In this document: positions 53,391 through 62,385 of the stretch, in pieces
Numbering within the stretch: position 1 is the stretch's first letter
How the letters are laid out: every line of letters begins with the position of its first letter
IMG/VR virus record: IMGVR_UViG_3300045988_144812
Location: 64,001-128,000 of that record
Reading direction: 5' to 3' (one strand)
DNA length: 64,000 nt
Source of the DNA: a virus
Program-made: the position numbers and the translations under genes
The notes under the pieces: generated by a model
The model's database searches: none
Seen by the model: only the letters and a program-made list of their open reading frames with translations
Told to the model about the DNA's origin: nothing

Positions 53391-53744
53391 ATGGAAATCA
53401 ATGATTGGGATGAGTATCGTACTAATACTGGGATAATGTTTGCCGCATTAGAAAGTTGCATCCAGAGTTTAGTTAGAGCTAAAAATAATATCGTTATTAG
53501 TCGTACTGGTAATGTAGATGAAGGTAGAAAAGTACGAGTAGAGTTAATGAACTCGGCAGATATAGAAAATTATATCGAGTGCGTTAATTTTAGAAAAGAT
53601 GTACTGGATTATCTTAAGAAAGTGAAAAAGTATCTTCGCTTTGTTAATAAAAATTCCGTAAGAGAAGTATTTATTTTAGATGCTGGATTTGGACTGACAT
53701 GGTACGAATTCAATTACAATGAACATTTTAAGGAAATAAAATGA
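53391..53744 (+). CDS. hypothetical protein
   Basis: Start moved to the ATG after AAGGAG (MEINDWDEY). Confidence 0.65.
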   Translation: MEINDWDEYRTNTGIMFAALESCIQSLVRAKNNIVISRTGNVDEGRKVRVELMNSADIENYIECVNFRKDVLDYLKKVKKYLRFVNKNSVREVFILDAGFGLTWYEFNYNEHFKEIK

Positions 53745-54523
53745 AACTAATGCAATATAAAATCGATCAAGCTAATGCTTTAGCCAGAGCTTTGTATACA
53801 ATTTTGAAAACAGCATCTACAGAAGAATATTACGGAAAAACATTAGAAGATATTCTTTTAGATAAAAGATTAAATATCGCTAAAACTTCTAATCTTTATC
53901 GTGTGTGTAATTTTTTAACATCTCGATTACAACATGTTAGAAGATTACCATCCAATCAAGTACTAGAAGTTATCGTAAAAGATATTTATTTCTATACTGC
54001 TCAGATGCTGGTTTATAAAATCACGAATCCAGAAAAATATCCTGAGATGAAATGGTTTATTCAAGCTTCTTATCGTTTAACCAATGAGGAGTATAATGAA
54101 TTTATCGATATTGTCAAATCAAGAATTGGTATTTTAAGTATTGCTAACGAGCTGCAGGCTACGTACTTAAACCGAAACAATCTGATTAATAAAGGCATTC
54201 CTATTTTCGATACGACTGGAATTATTGAGAATTATCTTGTTGATCCTTACTCAATGAAGCATCCTGGTTACAGTATTATTCGAAATAGTATTGTTACAGG
54301 TATTAATGTCTTTATGCCATCTATTGGTAAAGATATTGGCAAAGTAAATTTCATTTATCGTAAGGAAGGAAAGATTTACGCAAACATGATTCGTGATAAT
54401 GATATTAGCATTGCTGGATGTATGCTGATACCAAGATTTCTATTCTCGAATGGTAGGTCTAATAATTTATTTTCTTCATTCACTTGTATTTACGCATTCG
54501 ATTGCGTTAAGATAACTGATTAA
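53741..54523 (+). CDS. hypothetical protein
   Basis: 260 aa; ATGA start/stop overlap with the previous gene. Confidence 0.7.
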   Translation: MKLMQYKIDQANALARALYTILKTASTEEYYGKTLEDILLDKRLNIAKTSNLYRVCNFLTSRLQHVRRLPSNQVLEVIVKDIYFYTAQMLVYKITNPEKYPEMKWFIQASYRLTNEEYNEFIDIVKSRIGILSIANELQATYLNRNNLINKGIPIFDTTGIIENYLVDPYSMKHPGYSIIRNSIVTGINVFMPSIGKDIGKVNFIYRKEGKIYANMIRDNDISIAGCMLIPRFLFSNGRSNNLFSSFTCIYAFDCVKITD

Positions 54524-54551
54524 TCAATCTAACTACATAAAGGAAATTAAC

Positions 54552-54956
54552 ATGGAAAGATATACGGATTATATCGACAAAATGTTGAAACCAACTATCA
54601 AAGGTGATTTTACTAATCAGTATAAAACATTAACTAATGCGATAATTAACTCAATGATGTTACAAGGAGATTATTTTATATTAGAGTGTAGTGCAATGAT
54701 AGGTATTACTCGCATTAATATTAAAATGATGAGTGAATCAGCATTCAGAAGATTTGAAGATTTGATTTTTCATTATTGGGATTATTTTCACTTTGCTAAA
54801 GAACATGATACTCAAGGCATGTCAATACACAAAGATTATAAAGAAGGAAAGATCATAGTACGTATCACGTCTGTTAATCAATATTCTAGAATCGAGTATC
54901 GAATCGAAGCAAATATTGAATTTTCACAAAAACTAATTAGTGTAAAAGGAAACTAA
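54552..54956 (+). CDS. hypothetical protein
   Basis: RBS AAAGGAAA; 134 aa. Confidence 0.7.
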   Translation: MERYTDYIDKMLKPTIKGDFTNQYKTLTNAIINSMMLQGDYFILECSAMIGITRINIKMMSESAFRRFEDLIFHYWDYFHFAKEHDTQGMSIHKDYKEGKIIVRITSVNQYSRIEYRIEANIEFSQKLISVKGN

Positions 54957-54957
54957 A

Positions 54958-55455
54958 ATGTTAACTACAAATTTATACATGTTTGTATTTAAGAAAAATG
55001 ACGAACATTTAGCAGCAATGGAATCTTATAAAGATTTCATTACTAAAAAAGAAATTATCATCTCTAAAGATGGGGTTGATGAACACTACTATGTTATTTA
55101 CTGTAATTTCGCAAATCCAATGTCTATTCTGAAAGATGACTCCCTATTCTCAATTTCTCTTGAAATGGATTATACGGCTAATGTCGTAGATCGACTTAAT
55201 GTGGATCTTAGATTTATCGACCTTATCAATAACAAGATCACGTCAGATATCGAGCAATTCTGTATTTTAGATGGTGATGATCGAATTCTTGTGGATATTA
55301 GTGATCTAGAAGGAAATAAAAAGATAGAAAAATTTGTTAGTGAACTGAATAAGTATTCATGTAAAGAATATATTCGTAAATCTAACAAAATGATTAGGAA
55401 TCTCGTTAATTCAGCAGATAACTTATTAGAAAAAGATGAAACAATTGTAGATTAA
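54958..55455 (+). CDS. hypothetical protein
   Basis: 165 aa; coupled to the previous gene. Confidence 0.65.
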   Translation: MLTTNLYMFVFKKNDEHLAAMESYKDFITKKEIIISKDGVDEHYYVIYCNFANPMSILKDDSLFSISLEMDYTANVVDRLNVDLRFIDLINNKITSDIEQFCILDGDDRILVDISDLEGNKKIEKFVSELNKYSCKEYIRKSNKMIRNLVNSADNLLEKDETIVD

Positions 55456-55492
55456 TAGACTCTATAAAACTAACTATATAAAGGAATAGAAA

Positions 55493-56347
55493 ATGAACGA
55501 AAAATTTATTGAATTAAAAGATGACTTAAAAAACATACTGACTAAAGTCAGTAAAAGTCCAAGTTATTATTATAATAACTGGATTACTAAAATGATTAAT
55601 AATGGGAAAACCGCTAATAAAGATATCGTAAATATCTTTAAGCGCTGGACTGACCCATCTTTAACCAATACTCTTTCTGCCAAAAGGTATAAAGAGATAA
55701 CCGATATCAGTATCTTGAAACTATCTACATTATTAACCGATATGGGTAACAATGCAGATCTTGCATTATTTCTTTGTACTATTTACGATTGTGTTGATCA
55801 CATGGAGTATTTAATTGAATTGTATTCTAATGAATTTCAGCATCAGAAATTTAAAGAGCAATATGAAAAGCAAATTAAAGAAGAGACCAATTACGATCGT
55901 GGGATTCTGGTAGATGATAATTTAGGTTTAATCAAAGCAGTATTAGATAATCCTGATGCTGTAAAATCGATAAATCTAAAAGAACAAGTAAATACTTTGG
56001 TAAAAGAAGAGTGGTTTCCAATCTATATTGCTAACAAAGTGGCTGGTTATAAAAATACCGGATGGGTCAGGAATTATCTTGATTTAGGTAGTATCGGCTA
56101 TGTTTGCCGTCTGAAAGTATTGGACGGACAAGTCATGGCTGATGTATTTGGATATCCAGGTGAAGATGATGTACTATTTGAAAACAAATCCCATCCTAAC
56201 TATCACAAAGATCTTATTTTGCGACCAGTCTATATTGTTCAAGATGTGGGTATGGTTTCTAAAGTAGATCCAAGTCAGAAAGATAATATTGTTATCATTG
56301 GTGGATTTGATATATGCATCAATAAGAAAAAGAAAGCTGCTAAATAA
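55493..56347 (+). CDS. hypothetical protein
   Basis: RBS AAAGGAA; 284 aa; terminator at 56367-56410. Confidence 0.7.
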   Translation: MNEKFIELKDDLKNILTKVSKSPSYYYNNWITKMINNGKTANKDIVNIFKRWTDPSLTNTLSAKRYKEITDISILKLSTLLTDMGNNADLALFLCTIYDCVDHMEYLIELYSNEFQHQKFKEQYEKQIKEETNYDRGILVDDNLGLIKAVLDNPDAVKSINLKEQVNTLVKEEWFPIYIANKVAGYKNTGWVRNYLDLGSIGYVCRLKVLDGQVMADVFGYPGEDDVLFENKSHPNYHKDLILRPVYIVQDVGMVSKVDPSQKDNIVIIGGFDICINKKKKAAK

Positions 56348-56366
56348 AATAGCATAAAAATAAAAT

Positions 56367-56410
56367 CCTCTACTCCCGTAAAAAGGAGTAGAGGACTTAT
56401 TTTTTTTTTA
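56367..56410. terminator. terminator between convergent genes
   Basis: TCCTCTACTCC/GGAGTAGAGGA followed by T10. Confidence 0.8.
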
Positions 56411-56454
56411 GTAAGTTCAGTATTCTGCTACTAAAGAATCTTTTCTAAAGTACA

Positions 56455-57789
56455 TTACTTGAACTGTTGTCTAGGATAGTTATAACCAAGGTATAGATAT
56501 TCAGTATATCGACCTTTCCATTTTTTATATAATTCAGATTTAACAAATGAAACATAGTCGATAATAAGATAATGTTCAGTAACATAGAAACGATTAACTG
56601 CTACATTTCTTAAATTATCTCTAGATAAGTGTTTTAATTCATCTATTAGAGAAAGTTTAATTCTGGAATCAGGAAGCAGTATAATAGGAAATCCACTACC
56701 ATCTTTATTTAGAATAACATAAGTTCTACTACTCCAAGTAGTTGCTAATTCGTATACTGGATCTAACTTATCAGGCGTTTTCCATTCTGAAAAATCATCA
56801 ATTCTTTTAATCCGTTGCAGATTACTCAGAATAGGTTGATTTGTCTTCTCTAACATCTTCTTCAGACTAGATAAAGTAATCCCAGTTTCTTTATAGTAAT
56901 CAGTAAGACTACGATAAGTCTTCTCGATGAATTGATTGGTCTTATAATCAATTACAACGATAGGATGTACAATACCACCTCCTTTTTTAACATAGATAGT
57001 GGGTTTCTCAAACTCAGGATCCTCTAGATACTTTACCTGAGTATCGTCAGGCCACATAATCTTCATGTAGTTAGGATCATCTAACCTCTGCCCAATAGTA
57101 GTCTCGTGATAACCCATATATCTAGAAGCATCTATCATGGAATCAAAACTTCTTACTACTCCTCCTTCATTATGGAATTTAATCGATACTTTCTTAGTAG
57201 TCGTAATGAGATTATTTCTTACGGCATGGTGGACGTTTTCAGAATTGGTGATAACCTCTAGATTACACAAATCATTATTCTGTTTATTCCCATCAATGTG
57301 ATTAACAACATATCTTACTCCGTCAATACTATCAAGACCATTATGTTTAGTAACCTTAGCATAATCTTCAGGTCTAAATGTAGCTAGTAATAGGTGATGC
57401 ATTTTCTTAGTCTTTTTCTCCCCGTTATCACCTATTAAAGACAGTACCGTATAGCCATTTCTACCCACAACAGTTCCCATCAATTTATGGTATTTCTTAC
57501 CAAATATCCTACCATCTTTACTAATAAGATAACCAGTATATCCAGGTATTTCTTTAAATTCACTAAAGTCTAGATTCTGATACTCTAATTCTTTAAACAA
57601 TTTAGGAACAGTAATCCATTCTCTTGTATCTGGATCTAAATAGTTATTTCCAGTTATAAACTTATTTCTTATTGTAGAATAAACTTGTTTAGTTTTAGGA
57701 TTTAGCCAAACATAACGGCATCTCTTACTATTTATAAATCCCAATGATTCTAAATCTTCAACAGTATAAATTTTCTTAATAGGTTTCAT
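56455..57789 (-). CDS. free-standing HNH homing endonuclease
   Basis: YTGYLISKDGRIFGK is a NUMOD4-like motif. VNHIDGNKQNNDLCNLEVITNSENVHHA is an HNH motif. Followed by repeated HTH-like modules (SMIDASRYMGYHETTIGQRL, SLTDYYKETGITLSSLKKML). Confidence 0.8.
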   Translation of the reverse strand: MKPIKKIYTVEDLESLGFINSKRCRYVWLNPKTKQVYSTIRNKFITGNNYLDPDTREWITVPKLFKELEYQNLDFSEFKEIPGYTGYLISKDGRIFGKKYHKLMGTVVGRNGYTVLSLIGDNGEKKTKKMHHLLLATFRPEDYAKVTKHNGLDSIDGVRYVVNHIDGNKQNNDLCNLEVITNSENVHHAVRNNLITTTKKVSIKFHNEGGVVRSFDSMIDASRYMGYHETTIGQRLDDPNYMKIMWPDDTQVKYLEDPEFEKPTIYVKKGGGIVHPIVVIDYKTNQFIEKTYRSLTDYYKETGITLSSLKKMLEKTNQPILSNLQRIKRIDDFSEWKTPDKLDPVYELATTWSSRTYVILNKDGSGFPIILLPDSRIKLSLIDELKHLSRDNLRNVAVNRFYVTEHYLIIDYVSFVKSELYKKWKGRYTEYLYLGYNYPRQQFK

Positions 57790-57818
57790 TTTAATAACTC
57801 TATGTCAAATAGGAGGAC

Positions 57819-57863
57819 AAAAAAAGATAATTACCACTACTCCATGGTAGGAGTAGTGGTAAT
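57819..57863 (-). terminator. intrinsic terminator after the tail tube gene, upstream of the HNH gene
   Basis: On the minus strand, ATTACCACTACTCC-loop-GGAGTAGTGGTAAT followed by a T-run. Confidence 0.75.
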
Positions 57864-57962
57864 ATATCTAAACTTTAAAGTTTCACTACTTCATAAACAT
57901 ACCAATTTGCAAAAAACTACCAATAGGTATGTAAAGAAGCCTCGTAATTACGAGAGTATTAA

Positions 57963-58838
57963 TCATTTGAACTGTTGGCGCGAAATGTTTCGGACAGTTT
58001 CCCCAAATGACATCCTAGACGCGGCTACCATGCTATCGAGACCAATGTTGGAATGTATAGCTTCTTCATGATACGCATTCGCGTTGATTAATTTAATACT
58101 GTCAAGGAATTTTTGAGCAAAGAAGTCAACACCAGGACCGTAGTGATAAATACCAGTAAATTCAATTTGAATTTCACGAGTTTCAGAAGGGTTTTCTTTA
58201 TCGTGTTTGGCTTCATTATCACCAGAAGATTTAGGCCACATGTTGATACCGATCCATGATTGAACCACTTTAGTCATGGTTGCGTTAGGTTCGATAAACA
58301 ACATAGACATGGAATACATGTCAGGCATTGCATCGTAATCTTGAGTACCAGCTACTGTTGAAATGGAAGCATATTTAGTTTCCATATTCATCATCAGCAT
58401 TTCGATCCAGTAACGCATGTAGCGACCGATAGCCAAACCTGGACGTTCCCAGAAAGACATAGAAACGTTCAATGGATCTTCAGTCACGTTAGTGAATACT
58501 TCGTATTTTTGACCTGAACCACCAAATGCTTGGTTTTGGTCAGTGGCTACAGTGAGCTTGTGTCCCAAACCAGTAATACGGTGACGAATGGTTTCTACCA
58601 GGCTACGCAAGATAGCGATATGGACTTTACCATCAGGAAGAAGTTTAAAGCCAAGAGGAGCTTCCAAAAGAAAACTAATCAGCGGACGAGAAGTGTATGG
58701 AGTGTTATTAATCCAAGCAGCCCATTGTTTAGCATAACCGAAGTTACCACCCTCGATAAGACCTACAACAGGAGCCTGAATACCATCAGCAAAACCGCCC
58801 GTATTTTTAGACATAAAAACGGGTTCAATACGTGCCAT
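57963..58838 (-). CDS. probable tail tube protein
   Basis: 291 aa, directly after the sheath-like gene on the same strand. Codon use of the highly expressed genes. The size and order match the phiKZ gp29/gp30 arrangement as I remember it. Confidence 0.4.
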   Translation of the reverse strand: MARIEPVFMSKNTGGFADGIQAPVVGLIEGGNFGYAKQWAAWINNTPYTSRPLISFLLEAPLGFKLLPDGKVHIAILRSLVETIRHRITGLGHKLTVATDQNQAFGGSGQKYEVFTNVTEDPLNVSMSFWERPGLAIGRYMRYWIEMLMMNMETKYASISTVAGTQDYDAMPDMYSMSMLFIEPNATMTKVVQSWIGINMWPKSSGDNEAKHDKENPSETREIQIEFTGIYHYGPGVDFFAQKFLDSIKLINANAYHEEAIHSNIGLDSMVAASRMSFGETVRNISRQQFK

Positions 58839-58859
58839 TTTTATTTTTACCTTTTAAAA

Positions 58860-58896
58860 TTTTGAAATAAAATAGGGGTTAAATAAATAACCCCTA
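58860..58896 (-). terminator. hairpin between the sheath and tube genes (attenuator or terminator)
   Basis: On the minus strand, AGGGGTT/AACCCCT followed by a T-rich tract. Confidence 0.5.
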
Positions 58897-58905
58897 GTTA
58901 TAGAC

Positions 58906-61116
58906 TTAGGCGCTAATGCCGCTGAAATTTTCAGGCTTATCTTCGCGACGATAGTTTTCACTGTAGAACGTTTGAACAGTTTTGATGTTGTCGCCGTATA
59001 CACGTGCAACAAAGTGCCAAGACCAAGAACGTTCGGTATCGATAGCAGTGAAGTACAACTCACCTTGAACCTCAATAGTACCACCAAATTTATTGTCTTT
59101 AATTTGGGAGTAGAACCAAGATTCAGCTTCTTGTTTCAGACGCAGTTGTGACCAGTCTTTACCGGAGAAGCGACGACGCAATTCAGCACCAATTTTGTTC
59201 AACTCAACATGGAACAACATGATACGAGCATTCATCAAGGTAGAAGAGTAATCTTCGTAAATGGTACGAATCATCGGGAAGTAGAAGCGACCAGATTCGC
59301 TACGTTCTACCCACATACCGCCAGCAGCCCACGCTTCGTTACGTTGGATGTAAGGTACCCATGGGTTAGAGATATCAGTCAGATAACGCAGATAGTTGTT
59401 ATCACCTTCGGTAGGATCCCAACGAGCATCGGCACGACCAATTTTAGCACCCCAGTATTTAGTAAACAAACGACAGATCTCGTAAGATACTGGAACACGT
59501 TTTTCGTAACTAGATACAGAAGAACGGAAACGACCACTACCACGGATAACCATAGCACGGAATGTTTCAGTACCAAATACTGCAGAATCAGGAGCCAGTT
59601 TCAAACGGTTACGGATGGCTGCCAAACGAGCAATCTCTTCAGCAGCAGTAATGATACCTTCACCAGATACATGAGTGGTAGCACACACCCAACGGTCTTT
59701 ACGGTTAACCAGGTACTTGTTCAGATTGAATTTAGTTTCAATTGGATAACCAGTATCGTAGAAGACAGAATCGTTATAAGTAGTGTCATCCATGTAACGG
59801 CTGTTAGCGTCAGCAAACTCATCGAGCATTGCATCAACAGCAGCAGCAAACAACTCATCAGACATCTCACCATCAGTACCGCCAGTAGACCATTGTACTG
59901 AACCTTCACGCAAAGCAGTTACTTCACCTTCAGTAGTAGAGATGTTGTCAGAATTACGGAAAGTTTGGTAAGGACGACCGTCAGAGTGAGTACCAGTAAA
60001 CAAGTTAAACAGATATTTAGAGTCTGCTTTGTTTTCTTCAGTTACAGCAGCAAAGTCACCGTAGTAACGAGTGGTATTTTCCATCTCGCCAGTCTGAGGA
60101 TTCAGAGTCGGAACTTGAGTACCAGATACATCCAATTCTTTTTGCATGAAAAGAGAAAGGATGCTGTCGATGTTTGCTTGGTAAACGTGAATGTTGCTGA
60201 AAGAACCGAAAGTTGCAGGAAGATTAGGTTCGTCAGGACGATTGTTATTGTAATGTTTTACAAAAGTTTCGCCCAAGTAGTAACGAACACCTACTTTAGA
60301 AACAGCACCTGGTTTCAAACAGAAATCGATTTCACGAGCACCTTTAGTTGTAGTTTCTACAACTTTATTGCTGGTAGCGTTAGGTTTAGTAAATACTTGA
60401 AGACGGAATGGGTAAGAATTTGTATCGCTAAAAGCGATAGTATTCAAAGGAGCTTGGTCAGTGGTCTTAGGTGCCCAGATGGAAATACCGGTTAAATTAC
60501 CCCAAGCACCAGGAGAGCTGGTTTCGAAGTCAAAGATTGGAAGACGCTTACCAACTACACCATTGACAGCAAAGTCAACTTGATTAGTTGCACCTTTACC
60601 CAAACCAGAACTAGATACAGTTCGGCTAGCCAAAGTAATTTGTTCTGGTTTCAGTTCTTCCAAAACCCAACGGTAAGTAATACCAGGAACTTTACGACCT
60701 GTAGATACTTTCTTACCACGGTCTAAACGGAATTGACCAGAAGCATCACGCTCGTATTCATCTACTTCTACTTCGACGTACTCGATAGACAGACGCATAC
60801 CGGCTTTACGCATAGCGTTTTCAGGAACGATACGTTTAGCGATAATGGTACCACTATCTTGCAACATGCCTTCGATGAAGACAGAAGAGTGGTTGTAGTA
60901 CTTGTGGAGAGGATCCAAAGTCTTGTTACCGAAGAGCTTAATAAATGCTTCACCGTCGACAACTACTTCCTCGGTAGGACCTTTTTCAGCGTAGAATGGG
61001 CAAAAAGCCATATGTGGTGCACGCGGAGTGGCGACAACGGATTGAGGTCTACCGGACATATCCTTAGTACCCAGGTGGAAACTGTGGGGTGTAGGATTAT
61101 TAATGTAGATATCCAT
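58906..61116 (-). CDS. probable tail sheath protein (a major capsid protein is not excluded)
   Basis: 736 aa, G+C-richer with strongly biased codons, followed by a ~32 kDa gene. No diagnostic motif was verified. Confidence 0.45.
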   Translation of the reverse strand: MDIYINNPTPHSFHLGTKDMSGRPQSVVATPRAPHMAFCPFYAEKGPTEEVVVDGEAFIKLFGNKTLDPLHKYYNHSSVFIEGMLQDSGTIIAKRIVPENAMRKAGMRLSIEYVEVEVDEYERDASGQFRLDRGKKVSTGRKVPGITYRWVLEELKPEQITLASRTVSSSGLGKGATNQVDFAVNGVVGKRLPIFDFETSSPGAWGNLTGISIWAPKTTDQAPLNTIAFSDTNSYPFRLQVFTKPNATSNKVVETTTKGAREIDFCLKPGAVSKVGVRYYLGETFVKHYNNNRPDEPNLPATFGSFSNIHVYQANIDSILSLFMQKELDVSGTQVPTLNPQTGEMENTTRYYGDFAAVTEENKADSKYLFNLFTGTHSDGRPYQTFRNSDNISTTEGEVTALREGSVQWSTGGTDGEMSDELFAAAVDAMLDEFADANSRYMDDTTYNDSVFYDTGYPIETKFNLNKYLVNRKDRWVCATTHVSGEGIITAAEEIARLAAIRNRLKLAPDSAVFGTETFRAMVIRGSGRFRSSVSSYEKRVPVSYEICRLFTKYWGAKIGRADARWDPTEGDNNYLRYLTDISNPWVPYIQRNEAWAAGGMWVERSESGRFYFPMIRTIYEDYSSTLMNARIMLFHVELNKIGAELRRRFSGKDWSQLRLKQEAESWFYSQIKDNKFGGTIEVQGELYFTAIDTERSWSWHFVARVYGDNIKTVQTFYSENYRREDKPENFSGISA

Positions 61117-61456
61117 TTTTTAAAAATCTCCAATGTCTTAACCTGATTAAGATTAGACTATTGTTAAAATAAATAAATTTTAATTGTATTCGCTGTATTA
61201 GGTTTAACCCTAAACAGATACATGAAAAACATTACCGGTAATGTTCTATTAACGAGCGAATAAGCAATAAATTAAACAGTATTAGTGTTTAAAATGATAA
61301 CGTGTTTAGCCACGATATTCATAATATCGTGGTAATTAGTTTCTATATATAAATCACATTGAAATTTTTATCAGTAAAAAGTATGATGTTCTCTACGGAG
61401 ACTTTACTTATAAAAGCTTTTATTTAATTAAATTAATTAACCTAGGAATAAAATAA

Positions 61457-62365
61457 ATGGCCATTTTTTATTCGCCTTACGAGACTACAATTGGTAGTTT
61501 CTTTAAAACCGACGAACAACAAAAAACTATTCGACAATCATTGGGTTTAAATTACCCTTGGTTGAAAGTGAACGAACAAAATAAATCAATTTTTATTTAT
61601 CCTAATTCAGTCGTTCCAAAATTTGACCATCCGTTGATTATCGAAACAGTAAAAGGTTTGAAATATACTGTTTGTGATTTATCATCATTTATTCGAGAAC
61701 GTCAAGAGGGTGAGTACACAGTAGCGAACAAACCTTTGTTCTCGCTACAAACCATTCGTACTATTTTGACATCTGATCTTGTTAACAATGGTACTCGTTC
61801 TATTAAATCATTGTCCCCTAATGTGGTTAAGACTTACGTAGACTTGATTACTTCTTCATTGTCTATGGCCTTTAGCTTAAATAGTGAAGAGATTGTCGCT
61901 TTACGAGCAATGTCAGGATGGATGTATTACTCGATGCTACATAGCGAAACATATGCAGGTGAATTAGAGTTTGATGCGCTTATCGCTAAACTGTCCCGAG
62001 ATATCGGCATTCCGTCTAGCTTCTTGTATCGATATGTTGATCGAGAATTCTATAAAAATGTAGATGATTTCTTAGACCAATTGAAATTAAAAATGAATAA
62101 TCCAGCTATTCAGAAAATTAATAGCGGTTTGTTCTATACTGTAATTGCCAAGAACCTTAATGCTAATGTCTGGATTGGTTTAGAAAAACAACAAATCCTA
62201 GCAATGTCTGTAGAACACATTCCTACATTCGTAGCTACCTTAGTAGTGTGTTTATCAGAGCAAGTATTTAAAAATGCTGGTTTAACAAAAATGGCATTGA
62301 AGAATTTTAATCGTGACCGTGCTAACTTCATTCTTGCTGTAAATAGTATTGTAAACGATTATTAA
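61457..62365 (+). CDS. hypothetical protein (possibly structural, by position)
   Basis: RBS TAGGAATAAAATAA; 302 aa. Confidence 0.7.
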   Translation: MAIFYSPYETTIGSFFKTDEQQKTIRQSLGLNYPWLKVNEQNKSIFIYPNSVVPKFDHPLIIETVKGLKYTVCDLSSFIRERQEGEYTVANKPLFSLQTIRTILTSDLVNNGTRSIKSLSPNVVKTYVDLITSSLSMAFSLNSEEIVALRAMSGWMYYSMLHSETYAGELEFDALIAKLSRDIGIPSSFLYRYVDREFYKNVDDFLDQLKLKMNNPAIQKINSGLFYTVIAKNLNANVWIGLEKQQILAMSVEHIPTFVATLVVCLSEQVFKNAGLTKMALKNFNRDRANFILAVNSIVNDY

Positions 62366-62385
62366 TTAATAAAAGGAGTGTACCG

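Noticed and set aside
59209-61146. Plus-strand ORFs 59209-59901, 59965-60495 and 60733-61146
   Set aside because: They are antisense shadows of the strongly codon-biased 736-aa minus-strand gene. They have no RBS and low-complexity Thr/Ser/Val-rich translations.
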